A stretch of DNA of 64,000 nucleotides from Dicyema japonicum (taxonomy: Eukaryota > Animalia > Dicyemida): NCBI GenBank assembly GCA_011109175.1, contig RDEW01000002.1:1904834-1968833 (forward strand). The letters are read 5' to 3'. Below, piece by piece: positions 26,530 to 38,799 of this stretch. A program made the position numbers and the translations under genes. The notes below the pieces were generated by a model. The model had not been told where the DNA came from and made no database searches. It was given only the letters and a program-made list of their open reading frames with translations. Every line of letters starts with the position of its first letter. Position 1 is the stretch's first letter.

Positions 26530-27240
26530 TTTATTTTTTCTGTTTTTCTTTCTCGGTGATCCCGGGGTCCGGATCCATATTCCCCACGAGTCCATCGCTC
26601 AGTAATTCTGAACTCCCTTCTTCTGCATTTCCTCTCTTTTTTTTATTTGTATATGGAGGGTCCCCACGAAGCGCATGCATTTGAGATACATGGCTCAATG
26701 TACTGCTTGTATATGTTCATCAGTACTGGGTGGGTACCCACCTTCCATATTCCAGATAAGGTCTTGAGAATATTGATTTTCCTTTAGCATATTGTGAGAA
26801 TGTTTGCATATCAAATGTCACTTCCAATATCCTCTGACATCTGTTGAAAGGGATATCGTCCTTGTCTACCTTCAAGGTGACTGTCCTCCTTCCCAATCTT
26901 TGTCCGAGGTGAAAAGGGAAGTGATTGACTTTTTTTCACTCAACCTAAGCCGGTTTTCTATTATCCACCCGTTTAGACATCCAAGTCAATTTGGATCCTC
27001 TCTGTGGCATCTATCCGGTTTCTTGAAGCCAAAACAATATCATCTGCATACGAGGGAAGAACATCATTCCGGACTCGGGAGATCGGACAAAAATAAGTCA
27101 ATTAATGCTGGAGATAACGGGGATCCTTGTGGAATTCCGTTAGGAAGTAAACGTGAAACGATTTCAGGCCTCCGAGGCAAACACGTCCTCTCCGTCCACT
27201 CAGAATGTTGGTAATCCAGAGTTTGAGTTTTCCTTGGATT
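26530..27240 (-). mobile_element. Jockey/I-like LINE RT remnant
   Basis: LPNGIPQGSPLSPALIDLFLSDLP; related fragment at 62450-62690. Confidence 0.75.
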
Positions 27241-27409
27241 AGCAAACAATATTTAAATAAATAAATTTAACGTTCACAAAATGCAGTATTGATTTAATTG
27301 ACAAAATGACTATTTATTTATTTAATAGATAAAATAATTTAATTGTAGAAATCAATAATTGTTGATTGTTGAATTATTGTTGTTGATGTATGACAAAATT
27401 TATTCTAAT

Positions 27410-27575
27410 AAAGTGCATCCAGTTTCCACTTCTACAGAAACAGAGTCCGTCCGGAATCGACATAAAAGGAAAAAAGACGTCCATACTTGCAGTTGTGGCA
27501 ACCCCTCCAGTAGAGTGGGGGAGTGCAAATGATCCTTTTTCGTGCCGGCTAGGCACTGGGCGGACAGCAGACTTA
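27410..27575 (-). repeat. Pseudoknot-core repeat family, 5'-deleted copy
   Basis: About 80% similar by eye to 35030-35175. Confidence 0.75.
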
Positions 27576-27589
27576 AGAGATTCTCTCAC

Positions 27590-28330
27590 AACGTAACTGA
27601 AAGAAAGGCGACTGAATCCATCGTGTGGAAGCCAAAGAAGCGTTTTGAGCCAATAACAGAGCTTACCGGACAGAGGAAATCACAGAAACGAGTGATATGC
27701 TTTGCCAAATGGATATCAAAAGGCAAAGAAGGGTGAATTCAGGAGAATCGGTGCTTGTATTCAGGATGACATAAAGATTGTGGAGAAAAAGACTTTGAAT
27801 CCACGAATCTAAGATGGAATTTAGAAAACATAATTGGCATTTTGAACTCAACCGGAGATATTTTTATCGCGACTTAAACGAGCAGCAAAAGAATGCTAAA
27901 TTTTTGTTCAACGAAAGCGAATGTTTCCTTGAAGTAGTCAATCACCTCTGGAGAACTACTGTATGTGATGGAGTGAACAACTTCTCTTTCAAAAAATTTA
28001 CTACTACCATTTATGTGAAGAGGTCCTCCGAGTTAGTAAGTGAGTCATTCTATTACTGGACTCACCTGTCCCGAAGGACATGTGGGCATACCCCAAAAAC
28101 TTACCAATTAAATACCGAAATTATACAAGTAGTAACAAAGTGTAAACAGAAAATTGTCAGACTATATCGGGCACCATCAGGACAATCAACTGGACCCCGA
28201 ATGATGCGTCAAGGGTTATGGACAGGCAAATACTTAACCAGTGCACCCAGCAAAGAAACGCATATGGCACAGGGTCGTAGAATTCTTTATTCGAAGTATA
28301 AAGAACCTGTTTTATGCTTTTGGACTTAGT
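27590..28330 (+). mobile_element. R4-like (RLE-type) LINE remnant
   Basis: NWHFELNRRYFYRDL (cf. ENYLFEFNRRLFYRRL at 46930); degraded GP.....W.KYLTS and QGRRIL..K motifs. Confidence 0.6.
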
Positions 28331-28701
28331 AAAAGAGCTCTATAAGAAATCTTTAATCTAACAACTACGGAGGAAGAATTTGCATGAAACTCTTTTCGAT
28401 ATATAATGAAGAAACACTATGGCAACAAGAAGACTAAGAGACTCGAGACACTCCTTGCAGTCTGTAGAGATTCGAGTGGATACAACAATAACCACGGATA
28501 CGAAGGTACATTAACAAATCGGATCTTTTTGTGCTTGATAAAAGGAGCGATTAGAAAACGCTGATCGAAATATGAATCACCTCCGACAGGCGCAAAAAAC
28601 AAGTCGAAGTAGAAAAACTAAATAAATACAATATGCTTGAGCGAATGCATTAATTTACAATGCTAAAGTAAACATAGTACAATTAAACTCCTACCCCAAT
28701 A

Positions 28702-28900
28702 TGTCAAAAATTATATTCCTTCCCTCCGATGGCGTCATGGATCCACCTTACTGTGGAGACACCCATGCCTGGCCGGCATCAAGAGGATCTAACTATTCTT
28801 GCCCGGGGACAATGTCGTTACCTGGAGACAAGTTCTGGAACGCTGGGATGACTCAGGATCAAGGAGTTTGTCAGTTTGGTTACCCTTGGTCTTCGGAATA
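28702..28900 (+). repeat. Pseudoknot-core repeat family, subfamily C
   Basis: Inverted homolog of 29400-29592. Confidence 0.75.
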
Positions 28901-29049
28901 ATTTTAAATAGTGGATTATGGTCTATATCACTCTTTCAGAGTAGAGTCGGGTCCCGGATTAGGTTCTACATCACCAGACAGAAGCATTAAAGAGAAAACG
29001 GGGGAATTGGTATGATTTAATTTAGTTTCCGTTTGACGGAACTAAACCA

Positions 29050-29400
29050 ACGATTACACCAATAATAGCATATAGTCCACGTGACAGATATCTTGTTGAT
29101 CGTGTTGACTTAAGGAGATATTTCAGAACTTAAGAGGATTACGCTTGGGTCTAATTTCATTTTATTAAAAGATTCTTGTACAGATAGATTCTTTTTCCAA
29201 ATTTGGTGTCGTGGAACCTACAAAGTCAAAAGCGACAATGGAAAAGAATTCCGAAATTCTACACTTGAAGGAGTTTGCATAGAATTTCGCACGAAACTAG
29301 TCTTCGGTCTCCAAGAGCACTTTGGATACAAGGGCAAGTGGAGAGGTTATATAGCAATTCAAATGGTAAGTTCTGAGAAAATATTCCAATACTTAAAAAA
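29050..29400 (+). mobile_element. rve (DDE) integrase remnant
   Basis: SDNGKEFRNSTLEGVC and WIQGQVER across frameshifts. Confidence 0.65.
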
Positions 29401-29592
29401 TTAAATTAAAGTTATTCCAAAGACCAGGGATAACCGAGCTAACTAACTCTTTGATCCTGACTCGTTCTAGCATTCCAGAACTTGCACCTGGGGAAGAATA
29501 GTGGATCTTCTTGATGTCGGCAGGCATTGGGCGTCTCCTCAGTAAGGTGGATCCAATGACGCCACCAGAAGGAAGGGAAATAATTTATGACT
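29400..29592 (-). repeat. Pseudoknot-core repeat family, subfamily C
   Basis: Inverted homolog of 28702-28900. Confidence 0.75.
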
Positions 29593-29839
29593 AACTGGCA
29601 ACATAGCACCCATGGCGCCACGTGGCATAAAGTTATTATCCGCCAATATAATGACGGTAATCAAAATACTAGAAAGTCTGATTTATCAAATGTAGGAAAT
29701 GAAATCTCAACCCAAGAGTCACAAACTATTTACAACAAGTCAAAAAGTGTGACTGGGGCGGGCACAAAGAGATGAATTAATTGAGACAGACTGCATCAAT
29801 ACATTTTAATTTATTGTCTGTCATTTTCACTATTATTTT

Positions 29840-30035
29840 TACAATTAACACGGGAGTAAAGTGGCCAATTGGCTGGGGAGTCAATTGGCAACATTGCTAT
29901 CATGCCTGATCTCCACATAAGGAAATGGCGTCGGGGTCCCATAAAAGAAAAAGGGATGTATTTTTTATGATAAATTATTTAGTCTCAAAATTAACGTTCA
30001 CAAAGGGCAGTTTTGATTTAATTGACAAAATGACT
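29840..30035 (+). repeat. Dispersed monomer related to the tandem-array module
   Basis: Hairpin GCCAATTGGCT-GGGG-AGTCAATTGGC (29864-29889), then GTCCC..GGGAT hairpin. Its 3' flank also occurs at 27255-27315. Confidence 0.75.
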
Positions 30036-30089
30036 ATGTTCTCCGTTGGTTTGTTGTACCCAACAGTTTTTTTCTGTTCTGATCTAGAT

Positions 30090-30972
30090 CAGTGGTTTCC
30101 TCCCATCGGAAAATTTCCACCTCCCATGAGTAAGTTTAACTTTTTAGAATTTTCTTTAATTAATAACTCATTTATTTAGCTCAGTGGTTCTCAACTTTTT
30201 TGGTATGCGGGCCAAATCAATAATTAACAATTGTTTTGAAGGCTGCAAATTTTTTTAAAAGAAATTAAACTTTATTAACTAAAAATAATGTGAGATTCTG
30301 CTTTCCTTCTACTATTCTTTCAAAACAGGGACTCAGTTTTGATGACGACGTACGTAAGAGTTGCACAAGAAGTTCATCAGCTAACTATGGCGAAATTTGG
30401 TTTTATTCGTGTGAGTGTGCTGAACATAGCTTCACAAATATACGTTGATCTATTATAAGCATTCGTAACCAAATAAGGGTATTTTAAATATGAACGTGGG
30501 CTGTTTGAACAAAATTGTTTGTATTTTGCGATTTGATTTCATAGATAGAAATTTGATTTTTCTTGATTTACCTTAAAAATCATATTCTGAAGAATGATTC
30601 ATATAATGCCTCTCGACATACATGACTTAAGAGATCGTATAATAAAATGACAAATAGGTAATGTGTGTTGCCATAATCTTCAAAAACAAGAATTTTTCCT
30701 TCCATTCTGGGTTAAATGCACGATTTTCTTGAATAATCTTTCTACTTCTTTAACACGTTTTTCAGACATCACAAAGAATATTAATGATGTTAATTAAGTA
30801 AAACTTAATTTAAAAAATATTTAATATAAAAACTATAGATAAAATATTTAATATTTTTATAATTTTAAGCGGGCCGCAATTGAGAACTACTGATCTAGCT
30901 CGTTAACAAATAATTTTTTGAAAAATGCAATTATCTAAATTAGGAGGATGTAGTCCAGGTTGAGAACCACTG
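30090..30972. mobile_element. Nested non-autonomous hAT elements (outer 30090-30972, inner 30182-30892)
   Basis: CAGTGGTT... TIRs. Outer 8-bp TSD ATCTAGAT on both sides; inner ATTTAGCT/ATCTAGCT. Inner element carries an STYICEAMFS dimerisation-domain relic. Confidence 0.85.
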
Positions 30973-31499
30973 ATCTAGATGGACTTGTCCAGTGTAGTAC
31001 ATCTTATACTTGAAATGTCAACTATTGTCGGTGTTGCTTGGTAAGTGGTAAAAAAGAGGTCAAAGAGATGCCTACAATGAAGATCAAGGATTGCCAGGAA
31101 TTTGTAACAGCTTTTCCACTTAGGATAAATATCGACTTGTAGCCTAAATGGAAGATACAATGTCACAGTCCAGTTCTGCGAGACGGCAGAGCTGTGAGGT
31201 CAATGCTCAAAATACGAAAAAAAATAATTTTTTGTCAGAAAACATTTCATTGGAAAAAATTATTAATAATAAAAAGTAAAACTTATAAATAGTATTTTTG
31301 AAAATATCAATTATAAATAAAATATGTTCTAGTGGAATTAACACGAGAAGCAATTGAAAAATTTAGATTTTCAGTAATCGGGACAACTCGATAAATTCAT
31401 TGACTGAAGAGAAAGGGCAAAAATCAGGCAATATGCTCAAAATTTCATTTTCAAGGAATCCTTGGTCTACCTTACTAAAATGGTCGGGAGATGCGATTC

Positions 31500-32190
31500 T
31501 TTTGTATTGAGGAAGCTGAATTAAAGCAAAAATACATGAAGTCGTATATTTGTTGATTTAAATTAGGCTCAACATGATCTAAATCACTTTGCACGTGATA
31601 AATTAGTCACTTCCATTTATGGTGCAAGACGCAGTGAAGTGGCTACTGTGGTATCTAAATTTGTTTATTGTCAGGGAAATTATTAATTCTAACAATTCTA
31701 ATCTAAACGAATGCTTGCGACTAAACCAGTAGTTATACCTATTATTGCTTATGGGAGATTCTTGATTTAACTGATTCTTTTTGGGACGACCACGAGCTCC
31801 ATGGATACAGGGACAAGTCGAACGGTATTTTATAGTTTAACGTCAATAGATTTAATCAATAAAAAGATGGATCTCACCTGCGAGTGCATGAGAGGCATTT
31901 TGGATGCTATATCAATGGATAAAAGACACTGTTCGCGATTATAACCATGCTGTCCACGATGCGACAAAACAAAGACCATTTGAATTTTTTTCAATGCGAA
32001 TCTTTCTAAAAATATGAAAATAGGGAATTAGAAGCGCTACTAGATTTTGACGGCCAAAATGAAGACGAAAAAGTATTTGTACATTCTTCATCGCCTCGAA
32101 AAAATTCAGAGGGACAAGAAAAACGAAGAATCGCTCTCGAAAATATTGTCAAACCAGACGAAAAAATGAAAAACCGTAGAAGATGGATCT
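31500..32190 (+). mobile_element. rve integrase remnant (KRBA2/Ginger-like)
   Basis: GRPRAPWIQGQVER and WIKDTVRDYNHAVHDATKQRPFE. Confidence 0.7.
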
Positions 32191-32329
32191 TCAAAATAAT
32201 ATTGAAAAAATTATTAATTTCAGATATTTAATTAATAGATAAAAAAATTCAGAAATGTAATTTTTATTAACAATTATTAGTATTTTTAAAACCTCGCAGC
32301 TCTGGCGTCACGCTGCTCTGGACTGACAT

Positions 32330-32800
32330 TTAAATTAAATTGTTAAAGAACACTTAACCAAAGGAGCTTGAATTGCCTATCAGTTTCCTCATCCAATAAG
32401 TATCGTGATAAGTTTAGAAGCCGTCAAGTCTCACGTAGATCCTTGGTGACCCTTTGGATTATTGAGCTGATCAGATGGATTAGATCGTCCGTTTGTTGGC
32501 CAAGGATTCCTGTCGCATCAACAGCTAATGGGACAAACAAGTGATCCTCCGAAATGCTTCGGTATTTCCTTCTCTTCTGACCTCAGCTTGCTTAGAAGCA
32601 TGACCTGGGTCCGACAATTAAGCGGCCGAGTTTTTCTGATAGTATGTTTCCAAACAAGTTTCCGACGATTAGCAAAAGTGAATGTTGTCAAATCTCGTCG
32701 GGGAGTTTGCCATCGCTTCGGTGAACCAAAATGCAATGGTGGCTTGTGTCACGTTGAGGCTGGCATGCCTCAGGATAACGATTTTCTTTACAAACTCGAA
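32330..32800 (-). mobile_element. CRE-like RLE 3' remnant
   Basis: PGHASKQAE..KYRSISEDHLFVPLAVDATGILG. Confidence 0.65.
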
Positions 32801-32899
32801 CATTGATGAAAGTGAAGTTCCTTTACTAGTGAAAGTCTCTGTCTACTTAGCGAGTCTCGGACTCTATGGATTCACGAGCTATCCTTAATGACACAATGT

Positions 32900-34445
32900 G
32901 TTTTGTAGTTTTCCTTAACATTATCCAATTTTGGCCCACGTGAATCACATTATTATGTGGAAAATGGAAAAAGTGATTATGAGTGATCGATTGTAGTATG
33001 AGAATCAACACGTGGCTGATAAAATGCTGGAAGACTGCCTTTTAAGACAAAAGACGCCTGCACGAAAAACCGATGAATATACATAAACCAGGGACAACTC
33101 ATGGCCACATTTTGCAGGTGGAATACACGGAACCTTACACGTGCTCTACAGCGGAGTCAAACCAAGGCCTTACCGAAAGATTTGTCCTGATGACTCACTA
33201 AGGTAGAGAATATTTTGAAGCGGGAATTTGAGAAGAAACCAACCGAGATATTCGCCAAATTTGACAAGGAAGCCTTTGCCGCAGCTTCTTTGTCTCAAGT
33301 ACACACAAGATGGCCAGCAAGTTGCCGTGAAAGTCCAATATGAGGATTTACAACGAAATTTCTGGTCGACATTGTCGCTTGTTTGAACCAACGTTTTTCT
33401 TCAAGTGGTTAATCGAGGTACCTCTCTTTTCCACGTGCTAAAATGCTTTCTAAGCCTCGGAAATGGAGATGGACTTCAAAAATGAGGCTGCCAACAACGA
33501 AAGATGCGCTCACGACCTCAGACATTTGAAATTTGTTAAGCTACCACGTGGCTTTAATGATTTGAGCACATCTGTAAGCTTGGGGACCATTTCAGACTGT
33601 CTCGACGATGGAAGTTAAGGATGGAATTCCCATCACGAACACCAAAGACATTGCACGTGTCGGATTGAACCTAAAAGAAGTCGATTTCATTGATACTCTA
33701 GCTTTCGAAAAGGTTGTGAGGATATTTGCCAAGCATATCTTCGCTACGGGATTCGTCCATGCTGATCCCCACCCGGGAAATACTCAGAGATCTTGCTACT
33801 CTTGGTTCTGGTGCAAAATAAAGGCAGGAGACCAATCGTAGTGCTGCTTGACCATGGATTATACCAGGAATTTGATGAGAAGGGCCGACTAGGCTTGTGC
33901 GGTCTCTATAAAGCCATCATGACTAAGAATTTCACGGATTTACGGAAATACAGTCTCTTTTGGGAGTTGAGGGTTTTCCTTGGATAAAAAGTCAGATCAC
34001 ATGATTTTGGAGCAAATTGTGACTCAGACAATTTTTTTGACTCCAACAGGTTCGGGCTTCTGCAGAAACTCATGGAAAAAGAACTGAAGAGAATGGGGGA
34101 AGCCATAATGAAGAATGTTGACAGAATAACTTCCGTGATGAGGGAAATGCCCCCGAATCTGCTTTTGATTATTCGGTTGTTTGTTTCCGCGATGTTAGTA
34201 ATGTTCACTTTGTAAGGGCGATTGCGCGGAAACACGGAAATTTGACTGATAGACACGGAAATTTGACAATAAGTGGTTACATGTTTGACCGCAGTTCAAT
34301 CGACGGATGTGAGAGACAGCGATCCACGTGGTTGCCTTGTTCAATGAGGACGGTGGTCAAGGAATCCTACTTTTTATTTAGATTGAGATATTTGTGTGCT
34401 GATGGTAGATTTCAGCGTTTTCTGGTTTTTTGGCTAAGTTGGTGA
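32900..34445 (+). CDS. aarF/ABC1 atypical kinase (ADCK1/ADCK5-like), multi-exon, several indels; ends approximate
   Basis: FDKEAFAAASLSQVH, DGQQVAVKVQY, GFVHADPHPGN, VVLLDHGLYQE. Confidence 0.85.
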
Positions 34446-34449
34446 TGGT

Positions 34450-34970
34450 GGTTACTTTGTACTTTTCTTCCGTGAATAATATCTGCCGAACGGGGTCCCG
34501 CAAGGATCTCGTTAATTCTTCCAACAAGAGACCGGAGTATCCACACAGCGGGTATCCGTTTACAAGAATTACTAGACAACCTGAACTGTTGGCTTACGAG
34601 GAACCAATAACACACAAGTCCTGAAATTCGCCTCCATGATCTTTACTTCCAATAGAAGATTGACTAACTCGGCACCTTCATTGACTATAAATGGGATAAC
34701 AATTCCTCCACAAATTAACCAAACACATATGACCCACTAATGACTTTCAAAAAACATGTGAGCATCATAATTTTTTTTCAACGAAAATTAGACTTTGTAA
34801 AGACGCTACTTAGAGCTCAGCAAAACCTCTAAACTTCAGAAAAGTGATTCTTCCATACAGGAAGTGTGTCGGGACTCGAAAGGAACACCAAGAAAGGATG
34901 AGGCGGCTGCTTAAGGAGGCCAGGATCACCTGACTGCTTCCACTGTTTTTTAGGTGATTCTTGGTTTTAA
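34450..34970 (+). mobile_element. Jockey/I-like LINE 3' remnant
   Basis: RLQELLDNLNCWLTRNQ ... RRLLKEARIT*. Confidence 0.65.
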
Positions 34971-35024
34971 ATAAATTAATTAACTCGGATACACCGAGAA
35001 AGAAGTTAAAGTAAACAACTGATT

Positions 35025-35290
35025 AAGTGTATCCAGTTTCCACTTCTACAGAAAGAGTCCATTCGGAAACAGCAAAAGGTTAAAGACGTCCATTATTTGG
35101 CGTTGTGGAAACCCCTCCAATATAATGGGGGAACAAATGATCTCTTTTCGTTCCAGCTTGGCACTGGGCGCCATCATAGACAGCTGGATCACATGACGCC
35201 ACTGTAGAAGGGAGAGAAAAAAAGGAACAGACAAAAAGACAGAAAACTTAAACCAATTAGCCACGTAGAATCACATAGCGCCACTTTGCA
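35025..35290 (-). repeat. Pseudoknot-core repeat family (SINE-like)
   Basis: Best-preserved P1 (GGCGTCA/TGGCGCC); A-box-like TGGCTAATTGG near the 5' end, no clear B box. Confidence 0.75.
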
Positions 35291-35969
35291 TGCTACGGTT
35301 ATCCGCAAAGATGTTTTCCTTTACAGCTCAAGCCTTCAGGGTGATTTAGATGAATGGAGGAGTCCTCGTCTTTATTCCGCGTTTATATTCTTTTATTAAT
35401 TTTAGATTACGGCTGGTATTTTCCGACGAGGATCCTATACAACTGTTTGACTCTGCTGTTATTCGATATATTTCGTGGAAGGCATCTATTTTTGATTATT
35501 TAAGAAATGAAGGAGTCAGCCCTTGTTTGGTGCGATATTGGATATTGGAATAACTTCTAGTACAATGGGAGCATTCTGTGGTACCCCGGCAGAGATTTAT
35601 ATTTGAATGGCCACAGATGGAAGATGAGACGCCAGTTGATTGCTTTAAATGTTGGAACCGTCTAAAGGAGAAATTACCAATATGTCGGAGACACTCTTGT
35701 AAAAATGATACATGAAGAAGGAGTGCTCTATGTTAATCTATGTCACCGTCCGTTGAGAGAATTCTCCGTTGAAGGAATGTCTAGCATATTAACAAAAAAT
35801 AATTACACAAAAATAAATAAATAAAAGAAATTTATTAGAATTGTTATTAAAAACTAAAAAATATTATATTTAAAAAATAATTAATAACATGACATAATTA
35901 ATAACATGAGATAAATCATTCTTATGGGTTTCTATTAACTGACACCACATGAACTTAACGAAATTAAGA

Positions 35970-36635
35970 GATTTCAGTCGCAAGATGTATTGCCGAGCGA
36001 TATTACGCTAAACAAAGAATGAAAATCACAACGATGTACGACGATATGCTGAAAAAACGAAAATATTTCCTGGGTAACTGAATGAATGTTTTTATTTACA
36101 GAGTCTTGTTGTGATTGATTCATTCTCAATATTTGGAATGTTCGAACTATCACATTCGAAAACCACTGGATAAATATCAGACCTATTCTATAAAGTTTTT
36201 TGCACATACGGACGGTCGATTATTCTTCACATCGACAATAGAAAGGAATTTCGAAATTCCTTGATGGTATCTTTAAGCCAGGAATATTGAGTGGAATCAA
36301 TCGTACGGTGTGTCGGAAGAACATCTACCATCTCTGCTCGGATATAATTTTGACGAACTAAAGGAGGGGGGTAAAGAAACCCATGTCATGCTACAATGCG
36401 CTGGCTTAAAAATGCAAGAACGTCTAAAATGAAATTATTAACGTGGGGACTGTATACTCCTGAGGCCAGATGAAGATGCGAATCCAAAAAATAGACGACA
36501 TACACTCTATGACCAAATTTTTGCCAAGAAATATTTGGTCATTGAAGCCTTACACGGAATATGCAAAATCCGAACTGAAGATGGGACACAACTAAAAGGC
36601 ATACAAATCTCAAGACTCAAAAAAATGGACAGTTA
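35970..36635 (+). mobile_element. rve integrase remnant (same family as 29050 and 31500)
   Basis: LVVIDSFS.F, FCTYGR..ILHIDNRKEFRN, and VGDCILLRPDEDANPKNRR C-terminus. Confidence 0.7.
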
Positions 36636-36994
36636 ATTTTTTTAATTCAAATACATTTGTTTTAAAATATTAAAGGTAAAACAAAAATTAATGGAATTAA
36701 TTAAAAATGTATTAAAATGCCGCGGCCGTATGCCGCATAGGTTTAGTGTGACTATCTTATCGACGATAGAGTTTATGGTTTGAGAAAATTTTTGTTGGGA
36801 TTTGTTCTATATTTTTAAAAAGAGTCGATATCAAACACTTCGCTGTCGAACCATTTTTTCCATATGATCATGAGCAAAAAACAAGAAATTCTTTTATTTA
36901 TCGAGAAACTACATTTTTAATTTATCACAGTAGAATTTAGACAAAGTTTTATTTATTCAAATTTAAAAGAATTTATTTATTTGTAATAATAGTT

Positions 36995-37205
36995 TGGTGT
37001 CATGTGGTGCTGCGTTGTTAATATGTTTAAGTTTTCTGTTTGTTCGTCTATTCCTCCTCCTTCTTCCTATTAGAGTGCCGTCATGTGATCCACCTGTCTA
37101 GGTGGCGCCCAGTGCCTGGCTGGCACGAAAAAGAATCATTTGCTCTCCACTGGAGGAGTTTCCACAACTGCAAGTATGGACGTCTTTACCTTTTTTTACT
37201 TTAAC
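36995..37205 (+). repeat. Pseudoknot-core repeat family (SINE-like)
   Basis: Reverse complement of 35025-35290 and 27410-27575. Confidence 0.75.
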
Positions 37206-37689
37206 TTCTCTCTCAGTGTATTGCTCAATTGTGCTTCAAAGATAAAATCAAATAATCGAGATTTTAACGAATTAATATCGGGAATAAAAACCTCGGTTGT
37301 AAAAAAAGAAAATTTTTTATCTATCATTGCACCTGATTAAGTTGTTACAAACTGGGGTAGTTAGTTAACCGCAGCCACGTATTAGTTTTTTAACCTTCCT
37401 GAATAGTAGAATCAATTCAGAATTTATCGGCGACGGAATAATTGTAAACAAAGTAAGGATTCAAAAATCAGTAATATGTTTGAAAGTTTGAGAGTACTAC
37501 GGCTAATTATTTGGGATTGATAGACTTAATTCAAAAAAACAAAATGTGAAGTGAAGCGTTTAAGACCTACAACAGATTCATTTTAAAACAGATCCTGTAT
37601 AGTCAATGAATATTTGTTGTTCAGGCAGAGGGGAATGGTACATCTTGGCCGACCAATAAATCAACTTCCGTGATTTGAATAGTAATCTT

Positions 37690-37992
37690 CCATGATTTGA
37701 TTGCAAGGAATCACTTCGTCCATTCTCAGAACTTGTCCGAAAAGTCGCCAGCGTGAGGTAATTACTTCTCTGATTATCGGTTTGCGTTTACATAATTTGT
37801 AGTGTCGTTTTTGAAATTCTGTGGCCATTTGATTCCCGCAATTTTTCTCAATTGATTTCTATGAAATGTGTCCAGTCTGTCAAGGTCCGTTTTTGATGTT
37901 CCCCATGTTCCCGAGTTATATAATAGGACTGGTTGTATGAACGAGTTATATTGATTGAATGTCAGGCTACATCGTGCGCAGTGGACGATCAT
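37690..37992 (-). mobile_element. RTE 3' remnant
   Basis: FIQPVLLYNSGTWGTSKTDLDRLDTFHR; near-copy of 21990-22240. Confidence 0.8.
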
Positions 37993-38799
37993 TTTCGATT
38001 CTTAACAAATTCTTATCCAAGGATAGGAATTTTAAATCGGATAATGTGAAATATTACTTAACTGTGAATAACTCGATAAACGATGACCTTGATCTGCTCA
38101 ATAGAATTATTGACCTTAAATCCTAAGTCATCATTAAGAGTGCATTCGGATCGGTGTCAGAAGACTGTCAGAAGTGGAATATTTTCTTGGCAAAAGTCAT
38201 GCGAAAGAAAAAGATGCTGAGAGTGCGAAAGACGTTGATGAAATCGCAAACAGACTGAAAACCGAATATTCACACACTTATCGCTTTCATAGGTTCACTG
38301 ACTACCAAGTAATCCCGGTACACCTCAAAAGGATGGAGAGGTTTTTCTTGTGTTCCTCCAAAGTATTCACGGCTTTCCTGTATCGACGACGATCGCCTTT
38401 CAAACCTTTCATTAAAATTTGAAAAGCGGTGGGTTTTTTAACCAATTTACTTGTATTTGAGGCTTCTAGTCTTGAATGGAAGAAACGACTAATTTCATGA
38501 CCACACAGACCGATGAAACCGGAACCGTGTTTCAGATTGAGGCGTGGTCAAGCATTGGAGGAAAGATCGGCAGGTAGATTTGTTAGACGTACCAATTTGG
38601 CTGTTATCGAATTGATCTTGTACAAATTTGATATTGAAACTCCATAAACCCATGAGGCACAAGCATACTCACCCGTAGGTTTAAAAAGTTGATTGTACAA
38701 GACGACAGCGCATTCCCGTGACGGCCTGGACTTTAAGAGCGATTTCATTATATTCAGTTTCCTGAGACCTATTGTCCTAACGTTCTTCCATGTTGAGAA

